Assembly (NCBI GenBank): GCA_950097015.1
Contig: CATNEN010000015.1
Span: forward strand, 62,001 to 126,000
Origin: Macrostomum hystrix
Lineage: Eukaryota; Animalia; Platyhelminthes
DNA: 64,000 nucleotides
Direction: 5' to 3'
Both the position numbers and the translations under genes were made by a program. The notes beneath the pieces were generated by a model. It searched no databases. It saw only the letters and a program-made list of their open reading frames with translations, and was not told the DNA's origin. The number at the start of each line of letters is the position of its first letter. The stretch's first letter is position 1. Below, piece by piece: positions 1 through 12,325 of this stretch.

Positions 1-105
1 GCTGCGTGGTGGCCGCCTGCGGCTGGGTAGAACAGCGCCGAGTACGGATGCTGCGGCTGGCGCGCCTCGGCAGGCGATCCCGCGGACATGTGGATTCCGG
101 CTGGC
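1..105 (-). CDS. Possible coding exon of a gene running off the left edge (PAGIHMSAGSPAEARQPQHPYSALFYPAAGGHHA...)
   Basis: CAG acceptor at 108-106 on the minus strand, followed by an open frame rich in G/C-ending codons. No family recognised. Confidence 0.3.
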
Positions 106-739
106 CTGAGTGGCAATGGGAATTGGTGAGGGGATAAATTTTGCCTGCAGCGGAAATGTTCTCCTTTAAAGTTGCGGTTTGTGCCCAGGTCGGCTGTGAG
201 GATCTCTGGGATCAGGTGCTCAGGGGATAAGGAGGGGAACACGGGTTTGCTCTCAGGGTGTCGCGTGTCACAAGCAGCGAGGCTCACCTTTTGTTTCTGT
301 AACCGCAGTGCAGGGCTCTCCGGTGGGTCTGCGGCAAGTTGGCGGCTTGTTTAGCCCGAGGGTGCTGAGATACCGGATGGATTTCGCAGTCGGTGCCGCG
401 TGTCAATCTGCAGTCAGTCAGTTGCGCACTCGTCTCTGCCTGTCTCTCCTCCTTGCTGCAAAATCTGTTTCCTTTTATTCTTCAAGCGGAGCGGCAGAGC
501 CGGTGCTGGAGCTGCCGGGCCAATGGCGGCCAGGCCGTGGGGCTGCGGCTCGGGCCTCAGCCAATGGGGAAGCGCGCTGGGCTCTGCGCGGCCACGTGGC
601 TGACGGGACAGCGGACGGCAGAGGCGCACAGGGAAGACCGCTGAAGAACTGTTCGGGCAAGACAAAGATTTGGAACAATTGCAACAGAGACAGAGGGAGA
701 ATAATGCCACGAGGAAGATGAGAATGGAAAAGTTTTAAT

Positions 740-915
740 AAGATAAGGTGGAAGGAGAGGAAAGGGGAGATTGAGAGAGGAAAGGGAAGATTGAGAGAGG
801 AAAGGTAAGATGGAGAGAGGAAAGGTAAGATGGAGAGAGGAAAGGTAAGAATCCGTAAGATGGAGAGAAAAAGGTAAGATGGCGAGAGGAAAGGGAAGGA
901 GAGATGGGGAAAGGT
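740..915. repeat. Purine-rich ~20-bp imperfect tandem repeat (GAGAGAGGAAAGGTAAGATG-like)
   Basis: Repeated unit visible directly. Confidence 0.7.
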
Positions 916-1714
916 GGCGGAAGATGGTGGTCGCTGTGTTTAAATGTGTTTTTTGGATGAGAGATGAGAGATGAGAGATAGAATATCAGAACGTACGAGT
1001 AACTGGGTGTGAGGCAGTGTTTGGGTCTCATTTATGTCTCCCAAAGTTTTGCAGCCTCTGGTCTTCTGTCTCTCCTTCTCGCAGTTGCCAGCCTGTGGTT
1101 GGTGGGGTGGTTGTTGACGGTGATCAAGTATTAATGAGGATCGCAGGTCTTTGTGCGATCGGTGCCAAGGCATGCAGGGTAACGGAAAGGCGCGATTCGC
1201 AGAGCTTCCGTGTGTGCTCAGTGGAGCTGTTGCCAGTTTTATTGCCTTTCACTAATACGCATGCAGAGCAGGTGTCAGTCTGAGCAGGGGAAGTTGCGCA
1301 ATGTTGAGTTTTTGTCAGGGAATCATGCAGACTGTTCCCAAAGTTGCACCGCCATAATTCACTGCTCGCCAACTTGGGCCGCCTGTCTGTCATGCTAGTT
1401 TTTTATCACTCAGTGCGGCCTGTCTGTCATGCCAATGGGACCAAATGAGAGGAAAATAGGACTGGGCAATAAATTGACTCATAAATGAGGCCTTCAAGAA
1501 CCGTGAGCTGTTAACGGCACCGAAATTCAGAAAAAAACTAATCTAGGCATTCAATTTGGGAGTGAAGTTGAAAATTTACCACTGCTCACCAGTGAAACAG
1601 ACAGCTCATGAGCTCTGCTACTCTGATGATATGGGAGGCATTCCAAGGCAGTTAAATACTTTCGGCTCATCACATCCCATGCTATTAGGACTCAGATACG
1701 AGTAGACAGCGGTG

Positions 1715-2540
1715 GACTCAGGCAGTGAGCAGGCGTGAGACTCAGGCACTGAGGCAGACATGAGACTGAGGCAGGCGTGAGACTGTGGCAGGCGTGAGAC
1801 AGGCAGACATGAGACTGAGGCAGGCGTGAGAGACTCAGGCAGACGTGAGACTGAGGCAGGCGTGAGACTAAGGCAGACATGAGACTGAGGCAGACATGAG
1901 ACTGTGGCAGACATGAGACTGAGGCAGGCGTGAGACTGTGGCAGACGTGAGACTGAGGCAGACATGAGACTGAGGCAGGCGTGAGAGACTCAGGCAGACG
2001 TGAGACTGAGGCAGGCGTGAGACTCAGGCAGACATGAGACTGAGGCAGGCGTGAGACTCAGGCAGTGAGCAGTCGTGAGACTGAGGCAGGCGTGAGACTA
2101 AGGCAGACATGAGACTGAGGCAGGCGTGAGACTGAGGCAGGCGTGAGACTCAGGCAGTGAGCAGTCGTGAGACTGAGGCAGGCGTGAGACTCAGGCAGTG
2201 AGCAGTCGTGAGACTGAGGCAGGCGTGAGAGACTCAGACAGACGTGAGACTGAGGCAGGCGTGAGACTCAGGCAGTGAGCAGTCGTGAGACTCAGGCAGT
2301 GAGCAGTCGTGAGACTGAGGCAGACATGAGACTGAGGCAGGCGTGAGAGACTCAGACAGACGTGAGACTGAGGCAGGCGTGAGAGACTCAGGCAGACGTG
2401 AGACTGAGGCAGGCGTGAGACTCAGGCAGTGAGCAGTCGTGAGACTGAGGCAGGCGTGAGACTAAGGCAGACATGAGACTCAGGCAGACGTGAGACTGAG
2501 GCAGGCGTGAGAGACTCAGGCAGACGTGAGACTGAGGCAG
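1715..2540. repeat. ~17-bp minisatellite (GAGACTGAGGCAGGCGT and variants)
   Basis: Direct tandem units. It generates the spurious SRLPQSH-type ORFs. Confidence 0.95.
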
Positions 2541-2877
2541 TGAAATTTGAGAATGCCTCGCTAAGCAGTTGAGTGCGGGGCCATCGATCGCCACGTGGGC
2601 GGCGGAGCTCGTGGATTTCAGCAGCTCGTGGAGGTCGAGCGGGGGCAGCGGGCACTTCAGGGTGATGGCCGGCAGAGGAGGAATGTCAGGGTAGTGGAGC
2701 TCAGGAGAAATTCGAGCCGCACTGTCTGAGCTCCACGGGCGCCATCTGCAAGTCCTGGGCAGTTGAGGTTGAGATGCTGGGATAATACTCATGCGTTCTC
2801 TTTGGCTTGAATTTAATAAATATTTCACAGCTGCCGAATCTTTTACTGAGATATTTTAGTCTGTGAACTCTACAACT

Positions 2878-5737
2878 GCTATGAGATACTAGGGCTTGCT
2901 ATGAGATTCTAGGGCTTTCTATGAGATTCTAGGGCTTTCTATGAGATTCTATTTAGGATGCTGTGAGATTCTATATAGGTGCTATGAGATTCTATATAGG
3001 TGCTATGAGATTCTATATAGGTGCTATGAGATTCTATATAGGATGCTGTGAGATTCTATATAGGTGCTATGAGATTCTATGTCTTGCTATGAGATTCTAG
3101 GGCTTTCTATGGGATTCTATTTAGGATGCTGTGAGATTCTATATAGGATTCTGTGAGATTCTATATAGGTGCTATGAGATTCTATATAGGATGCTGTGAG
3201 ATTCTATATAGGATGCTGTGAGATTCTATATAGGATGCTGTGAGATTCTAAATAGGATGCTATGAGATTCTATATAGGTGCCTTGAGATTCTATATAGGA
3301 TGCTGTGAGATTCTATATAGGTGCTATGAGATTCTATATAGGATGCTGTGAGATTCTATATAGGTGCTATGAGATTCTATATAGGATGCTGTGAGATTCT
3401 ATATAGGTGCTATGAGGTTCTATATAGGTGCTATGAGATTCTATATAGGATGCTGTGAGATTCTATATAGGTGCTATGAGATTCTATATAGGTGCTAAGA
3501 GATTCTATATAGGTGCTATGAGATTCTATATAGGTGCTATGAGATTCTATATAGGTGCTATGAGATTCTATATAGGTGCTAAGAGATTCTATATAGGTGC
3601 TAAGAGATTCTATATAGGTGCTATGAGATTCTATATAGGTGCTAAGAGATTCTATATAGGTGCTATGAGATTCTATATAGGTGCTATGAGATTCTATATA
3701 GGTGCTATGAGATTCTATATAGGTGCTAAGAGATTCTATATAGGTGCTATGAGATTCTATATAGGTGCTATGAGATTCTATATAGGTGCTATGAGATTCT
3801 ATATAGGTGCTAAGAGATTCTATATAGGTGCTATGAGATTCTATATAGGTGCTATGAGATTCTATATAGGTGCTATGAGATTCTATATAGGTGCTATGAG
3901 ATTCTATATAGGTGCTATGAGATTCTATATAGGTGCTATGAGATTCTATATAGGATGCTATGAGATTCTATATAGGATGCTATGAGATTCTATATAGGAT
4001 GCTATGAGATTCTATATAGGTGCTATGAGATTCTATATAGGTGCTATGAGATTCTATATAGGTGCTATGAGATTCTATATAGGTGCTATGAGATTCTATA
4101 TAGGTGCTATGAGATTCTATATAGGTGCTATGAGATTCTATATAGGTGCTATGAGATTCTATATAGGTGCTATGAGATTCTATATAGGTGCTATGAGATT
4201 CTATATAGGTGCTATGAGATTCTATATAGGTGCTATGAGATTCTATATAGGTGCTATGAGATTCTATATAGGTGCTAAGAGATTCTATATAGGTGCTATG
4301 AGATTCTATATAGGTGCTAAGAGATTCTATATAGGTGCTATGAGATTCTATATAGGATGCTATGAGATTCTATATAGGTGCTATGAGATTCTATATAGGT
4401 GCTATGAGATTCTATATAGGTGCTAAGAGATTCTATATAGGTGCTATGAGATTCTATATAGGATGTTATGAGATTCTATATAGGTGCTAAGAGATTCTAT
4501 ATAGGTGCTAAGAGATTCTATATAGGTGCTATGAGATTCTATATAGGTGCTAAGAGATTCTATATAGGTGCTAAGAGATTCTATATAGGTGCTATGAGAT
4601 TCTATATAGGTGCTATGAGATTCTATATAGGTGCTATGAGATTCTATATAGGTGCTATGAGATTCTATATAGGTGCTATGAGATTCTATATAGGTGCTAT
4701 GAGATTCTATATAGGTGCTATGAGATTCTATATAGGTGCTATGAGATTCTATATAGGTGCTATGAGATTCTATATAGGTGCTAAGAGATTCTATATAGGT
4801 GCTATGAGATTCTATATAGGTGCTAAGAGATTCTATATAGGTGCTATGAGATTCTATATAGGATGCTATGAGATTCTATATAGGTGCTATGAGATTCTAT
4901 ATAGGTGCTAAGAGATTCTATATAGGTGCTATGAGATTCTATATAGGATGTTATGAGATTCTATATAGGTGCTAAGAGATTCTATATAGGTGCTATGAGA
5001 TTCTATATAGGTGCTAAGAGATTCTATATAGGTGCTATGAGATTCTATATAGGTGCTAAGAGATTCTATATAGGTGCTATGAGATTCTATATAGGATGCT
5101 ATGAGATTCTATATAGGTGCTATGAGATTCTATATAGGTGCTAAGAGATTCTATATAGGTGCTATGAGATTCTATATAGGATGTTATGAGATTCTATATA
5201 GGTGCTAAGAGATTCTATATAGGTGCTATGAGATTCTATATAGGTGCTAAGAGATTCTATATAGGTGCTATGAGATTCTATATAGGTGCTAAGAGATTCT
5301 ATATAGGTGCTATGAGATTCTATATAGGTGCTATGAGATTCTATATAGGTGCTAAGAGATTCTATATAGGTGCTAAGAGATTCTATATAGGTGCTATGAG
5401 ATTCTATATAGGTGCTATGAGATTCTATATAGGTGCTATGAGATTCTATATAGGTGCTATGAGATTCTATATAGGTGCTAAGAGATTCTATATAGGATGT
5501 TATGAGATTCTATATAGGTGCTAAGAGATTCTATATAGGTGCTATGAGATTCTATATAGGTGCTAAGAGATTCTATATAGGTGCTATGAGATTCTATATA
5601 GGTGCTAAGAGATTCTATATAGGTGCTAAGAGATTCTATATAGGTGCTATGAGATTCTATATAGGTGCTAAGAGATTCTATATAGGTGCTATGAGATTCT
5701 ATATAGGTGCTATGAGATTCTATATAGGATGTTATGA
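2878..5737. repeat. 21-bp satellite (ATGAGATTCTATATAGGTGCT)n, ~135 copies, with 22-bp variants
   Basis: Direct tandem units. MRFYIGA ORFs are translations of the repeat. Confidence 0.98.
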
Positions 5738-7611
5738 TATTTCAAGGTCAATAAATGAAAACCCTCAGACAAAGCAATTTTTTCACCCTTAGAATCGCGG
5801 GTAGCTGCACCGGGATATGAAATCAGCTGCAACAATGGATCGCCAATAAAGCGGAGGTCGGGGCCAGTTGTGCTAGCGGTCACAGTCGGCCTCCAATTCG
5901 AGGCATGGCACAATGCACTGGAGCCTGCAACTCCAAAGCTGCTATCTGCGCTCCCAATAATTTGATTATCTCCGGCCGCTAAAAACTCTCTGCTGAGGAT
6001 TCACCGAGCAGGCGGGGCTGCAGGTGCGCGGGACCCCCCGCTGGGCCGCTAGCGGGGATCGAATCCTGCCAAGCGGGCCATGGGGGATTAGGAGAGGCGG
6101 TCAGTTGAGACCGAGTGCGATCTGGGATGCTGGTTGGGGCTTGTCCAGGTGATCATGGAGCTCATTATGAGCTCAGTCGACCGAGATTTAGTCCATATTG
6201 AAATATTATTAAAATTTTCCATAAAATGCAACAATGGACACTTAGATTGGCAATAATACTGAATATTGGAAAATTTTGAACAATATTATACTCATTTCCA
6301 GGCCTCCCCAGCCTAACACGAGTGTCCGCATCGTGACCTTAATTATAACTTGCACCCACATACCCTAATTAGTGCTGTGGTTTCTGCCCGGCGCTTCAAA
6401 ATAGCAGCTTAGAGGGCTGGGAGGACCGCCGAGACGGCACGTACTCGCGAGCTTCTTGACTACGGGATAAAGAGCTGGTCCAGGCACTTGCTCTTTTGTA
6501 CTCGACCCCCTGCCGAGCTGAGAATCACGGAATGGGGAGTAATTAAGAGTCTTTGTGACTGACTCCACGGATACAAAGTCTTGGCGGGCACAGGAATGGC
6601 CCTTTGGCTGGCCGTGAACGCAGGAATGAAATTGAAAACATAGCCTTCATCGGGGTCGAGAGTCCCTGACTGACGGGCGCACGCGGCCCCCAGGGAGTCT
6701 GTTGAGCTGTTTTGAAATCGACATCCTAATCCCCTTCTCATCCGCAAACACGAACTTGGTCGGCGATCCTCTCTGCCTGCAGAAGCAGCGCTGCGTGCAG
6801 CTCCGAGGTGACAATAACTGGCGGGCAGGGAGGAATTTGAGAAGAAAGGGTAGAATAGAAAGAACTGAGCAGGCAGTGCAGTTAGTTGAGAGGCCTTCAC
6901 TGCAGCTATTTGCTCAGTGGTGGCTGCGGGGAGTGGGCGCTCTGTCTTCATCGAGCGGGAGGCCCCTGAATCAACAGCGCTTCCGGAGGCTCTCAGCAGC
7001 AGCGGAGGGTGGGGCGGGGCGGCTGGTGGGCCGGGTTGGAACACCTGGACAGCTGCGCCAGGAACACGGACCATGGGATCGGGCGGAGAGCAGTTGTAGG
7101 GATTTGCGGCACTGCATGCAAAATCCTACCTCCCCTCACCTACCCCAGGGTTCGCTAGCTTGCTGGCGCTCTCAGAAATTTCCAAGTTTTTTCTTCTTCT
7201 CAAGAGAGAAGACAATTCAGGCCGGGGTCGATTTATTGCCGCTCGATCTTTGTCCCTCTGCCCAACCTCAGATTTCGCCCACTGAGGCGCGCAGCGATCA
7301 GCAGTTGGTCCGGGCCGCAGTTGTCAATAAAATTATTCAACTAACTTCCTGGGCCGCCCCAGGAGCACCAGGAGTTCAACTCCGCGAGTCCCACATTGAG
7401 TCTAGGGCTCTGAGCACAGACTTTGGAGACACAGGAATTGGGCATCTTCAGTTAATCAGCAAGTCAAGCAGATGTACTTTTTCATCTCTGCATGTTGCTA
7501 GGGCGATTAAAAATTCCAATTTAACTAAATGCGGGCACACTAAATCACTTGGCCGACAAAGCCCTGCTATTTGTTGCATTTGCATGTTCGCTTGAATGGA
7601 AACTGAAACTG

Positions 7612-9260
7612 TCACTCGCATCACTCAGTATCACTCGCATCACTCAGGGTCTATCACATCACTCAGTGTCACTCGCATCACTCAGTGTCACTCGCATCAC
7701 TCAGGGTCACTCACATCACTCAGTGTCACTCGCATGTCGCATCACTCAGTCTCGAATCACTCAGGGTCACTCACATCACTCAGGGTCACTCACATCACTC
7801 AGGGTCACTCGCATCACTCAGTCTCGAATCACTCAGGGTCACTCACATCACTCAGTGTCACTCGCATCACTCAGGGTCACTCGCATCACTCAGGGTCACT
7901 CGCATCACTCAGTGTCACTAGCATCACTCAGTCTCGAATCACTCAGGGTCACTCACATCACTCAGTGTCACTCGCATCACTCAGTCTCGAATCACTCAGG
8001 GTTACTCGCATCACTCAGGGTCACTAGCATCACTCAGTGTCACTAGCATCACTTAGTGTCACTCGCATCACTCAGGGTCACTAGCATCACTCAGTGTCAC
8101 TCACATCACTCAGGGTCACTCACATCACTCAGTGTCACTCGCATCACTCAGCAGGGTCACTCGCATCACTCAGGGTCACTCACATCACTCAGGGTCACTC
8201 ACATCACTCAGGGTCACTAGCATCACTTAGTGTCACTCGCATCACTTAGTGTCACTCGCATCACTCAGGGTCACTCACATCACTCAGGGTCACTCACATC
8301 ACTCAGTGTCACTCGCATCACTCAGCAGGGTCACTCGCATCACTCAGGGTCACTCACATCACTCAGGGTCACTCACATCACTCAGGGTCACTCACATCAC
8401 TCAGGGTCACTCACATCACTCAGTGTCACTAGCATCACTCAGTCTCGAATCACTCAGGGTCACTCACATCACTCAGTGTCACTCGCATCACTCAGTCTCG
8501 AATCACTCAGGGTCACTCACATCACTCAGTGTCACTAGCATCACTCAGTCTCGAATCACTCAGGGTCACTCACATCACTCAGTGTCACTCGCATCACTCA
8601 GTCTCGAATCACTCAGGGTCACTCGCATCACTCAGTGTCACTCGCATCACTCAGTGTCACTCACATCACTCAGGGTCACTCACATCACTCAGTGTCAATC
8701 GCATCACTCAGCAGGGTCACTCGCATCACTCAGGGTCACTCACATCACTCAGTGTCACTCGCATCACTCAGGGTCACTCACATCACTCAGTGTAACTCAC
8801 ATCACTCAGGGTCACTCACATCACTCAGTGTCACTCGCATCACTCAGGGTCACTCGCATCACTCAGTGTCACTAGCATCACTCAGTCTCGAATCACTCAG
8901 GGTCACTCACATCACTCAGTGTCACTCGCATCACTCAGTCTCGCATCACTCAGGGTCACTCGCATCACTCAGTGTCACTAGCATCACTTAGTGTCACTCG
9001 CATCACTTAGTGTCACTCGCATCACTTAGTGTCACTCGCATCACTTAGTGTCACTCGCATCACTCAGGGTCACTAGCATCACTCAGTGTCACTCACATCA
9101 CTCAGTGTCACTCACATCACTCAGTGTCACTCGCATCACTCAGCAGGGTCACTCGCATCACTCAGGGTCACTAGCATCACTCAGTGTCAATAGCACCACT
9201 TAGTGTCACTCGCATCACTCAGGGTCACTCACATCACTCAGTGCACTCGCATCACCCAGT
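7612..9260. repeat. 19-bp minisatellite (GTCACTCGCATCACTCAGT/G)n
   Basis: Direct tandem units with variants. Confidence 0.97.
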
Positions 9261-12200
9261 GTCCCTCTAGCAGTGTCACACTAGTCACAGTCACTCACAA
9301 CATTGACTGCATTGGATGCAATAAAAAAAGTTTATGGTTAAGCATGGTTATGGTTAATGTATGGTTAATGTATGGTTAATGTATGGTACATTTAAAGCAG
9401 CCAGGAACAAACGCATGCCTATGTAGCACGGCAAACTCATCAAAGGCAAGCAGCACTATGGCATTGGATCCTGTCAAACTTGTGACTCCGCCCCTCATTA
9501 TCACCCTGGCTCAAGCAGTCTGTCCTACAGTGCCGCACACCCCGGCCTCGCTCCAGGAGGGCTGCTAGTCTTGCGCGCTTTTTTGAGGCCGGCGCCCGCA
9601 GCTGCGGGGTCGCTGTTTGCGGGCACGCAGGCACCTCGAGTGGCCAGGGATAATTGCCGCAATTGCGCTCACTCTGAGGGGCACTTTGCTGGCGGAGATG
9701 GAGTGGCCCACATCAGACTGGGCGGGGTCAGGTGTCATGGACCGGGCCTGTGGCTCAGACAGGTGCGGCGTAAATGTGCGTACACTTTTTTGCTTCTTGG
9801 CGCTCAGAATCCTTGCGTGAGAGACAATTTCTGTGCCACAGTTTTGTCATCTCTCAGCCGATAGGAAAACTGCGGATTCGAGTGGCATGCGGGCTGGTGA
9901 GTCAAGGCCGGGTCCGCACAAACCACCGCTGCCTTAGAGACGGAGGCCCTCGCATTAAAGAATGGAAAGAACCACTTGGCGCACAACTGGAGGATGCCAA
10001 ATCAGTGAAGAGATCGCTGGCCCAGGGCGGAGTCAACAGTTGGAGCAGCAGCAAGCCGAGATTGCTGGGCCCGCACCCTCAAGTCACGGCACTCCGGCCA
10101 CTTTTTTTACCTCTCCTCACGCAGTGACGGACTGGGGAGCAGGCAGAGAGAATGGCAAATAAATAAACAGCTCACAGACAGCCAGGTGGCGCGAGATTCT
10201 CACCGGGCTGTGCTAGCCTTGGCTGGACAACCTGTTGTTGGGCCAGGCGGCCGCTGTTCAAACTGACAGAGCGCCTGTTAGACACGCGAGCCGCTTGTTT
10301 GTTTGAATGTTCACCAGGCGCTGCGCATTCAAACACGTTTGTTTGAAACAGAAAAGCCAAGCCGGATTCGGGGATGAAGGCTGAAGCACGGGAGCCAGCC
10401 TTGACCCCGGGCGTGACCCCTTGGCTCCTCAGCATCCCGCTGATCAGGCCAATAGCTGAGTGGGCTCAACTAGTCTCTGAGCGGCAGCCAGGTGGGCCAG
10501 ATGGGGATGCCTTACTACAAACACTGTTTGCTCGACACAGATCCCCAATTAGAGCTGTGTGAGGCTGGAAGAGAAAGTGAACTATCCGAGATAAGCTCCT
10601 ATTTGCCACTTTCGCAGTTGAAATCGATAGGCTTAGAGCTCATAGCTCGGAGAAGCAAAACACAGAACAGGCTGCTCAAACACTTGTTCCCCACCTTAAA
10701 CGAGCGGAAGAAAGAGATAATGGCTAAAGCTTGTATGCCGGAGCTTTAAAAAACTGGGATTTCACACTGAGGCTCGATGAGGAAAGAAACTCTTAATCGA
10801 TGGGGCTTGTCATATCTTGCCACAGTTCTAAGGAACTCCCTTTGATTTCCATATAAATGAAGTCCTCTTAGAAGAAGTGGGCAGTCGGCAATTCCACTGA
10901 ATAACAATAGATCAGCTCTCAGCTGAGCTGTTGGAGGAGGTGAAAATGTGGCGCAGCCTCCCAGAAGACAGCGCGGAGCTGCTAGCAGCACCGCCAACCT
11001 CATTCCCACGCAGAAATGAAAACTGTAAATCAGGCCAGGCAGTTGCGGTCGGATTCAATGCAAAATATGCTAATGCAGCCAGGCGCCGAGTCAAGGGCCC
11101 ACGCTGGCACGTGGCCGCCCACCTCCGCCAGGGGATTCCCCAGCCCTCAAGGCGGCCTAGGTGCAAAGAGGATAATAAACAACAATAAACAGGAGGGCGC
11201 GCGATCAAGTGCCGGCAGCCGGGGCGGCACGAGGCTCAGGTGACAAAAAACTCGGAGGAGCCGCCATCAGCTCCGGATTATTTCCGACAGCGGGGCTTCA
11301 ACACCAACCGACTTAAGCAGCTCATGGCACGGACTCCTTCTGGCTGGGGAGAATCTCTGCGCCTCAAGATGAAACCAATTCAGACTTCTGGCCTGGCTGC
11401 GCGTGGCGGACCCAGATGTGGGACAGGTAGGCCGAGCGCATTGCAGCCAAGTCGATGGAAGCGAATAGGAAAACCCGGGACTGGCACCAAGCGGCAACTC
11501 GATGAATGCCGGGCGCCTCACCAGCGGATAACTAATATGCGCGCGGCATGAAATCTGAGCCAAAGTGTGCGCACTTGAGCCAACAATGAGCCGCCCACAT
11601 TGACCAGCCAACAATGAGCCGCCCACATTGACCAGCCAACTTGACTCATCCCTCATTTTTTGGGAAGATTTGACAAGCGGAGTAGTCCAGTGTCGCAGTG
11701 TTTACACAATCAAATACCAGCAGGAGCGAAACACTGATAGGGAACAGCGAATCCCTGGCAAAGTGGGCCCAAATTAATTTCTTTATTGAATGATTCGCGA
11801 CTCATCTCAAGAGCCCTGTTTAATGAGAAAGCGATATCAGAGCGAAGTCCTCCTGGGCGGAGCGACAGAGCTGACAGCCGATAGTGCTGCGGATTTGAGC
11901 AAAAATAATAAAACATGCGTAGAGGCGGTGAGACATTTGATCACAAGCAGTTCAGACACAGCAGAATAAGCAGGTAGCGGCCTGTGTTTATTAAGCCGCT
12001 GAGCAGCTGGGAGAATTAAATGCAGCAACAAGCGCAACAACTGGTGACTGTCAGCTGGTCCCCCAGCTCCAGACAGCAGTAACGACTGAGCCGCAAATAG
12101 CTGGTCTGCTACAGCCTACTTACAGTAGCAGAGCATGGAACACAAACCGCCTTTCCAGAATAAAGCTTCACAATTCTCTGCATTAGCCCCGAGCCTTAAC

Positions 12201-12325
12201 AAGAGTAGTTCTGGTGCCTTGTAAGTCCTCCGTATCCAAGATAAACTATGCGTTGCTATGTAGCAGAACAATCCAAAATGCTGTTGGTGGTTCTTTAATT
12301 GAGCTCTTCAGGTGTTATTCATGAG

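Noticed and set aside
3455-5792. Long ORFs of MRFYIGA / CYEILYR repeats
   Set aside because: They are translations of a 21-bp satellite that lacks stops in some frames; there is no evidence of a gene.
6030-6075. tRNA T-arm or B-box-like GGGGATCGAATCC
   Set aside because: No A-box, acceptor stem or cloverleaf could be built on either strand.
6365-7595. Overlapping 200-300 aa ORFs on both strands
   Set aside because: No domain motifs, no codon bias like the real exons, and no splice-supported structure.
7549-8991. His/Ser/Thr-rich repetitive ORFs
   Set aside because: Artefacts of the 19-bp minisatellite, open in several frames.
9383-11656. Cluster of 60-130 aa ORFs in GC-rich DNA
   Set aside because: No recognisable motifs in any frame; consistent with chance ORFs in non-coding DNA.
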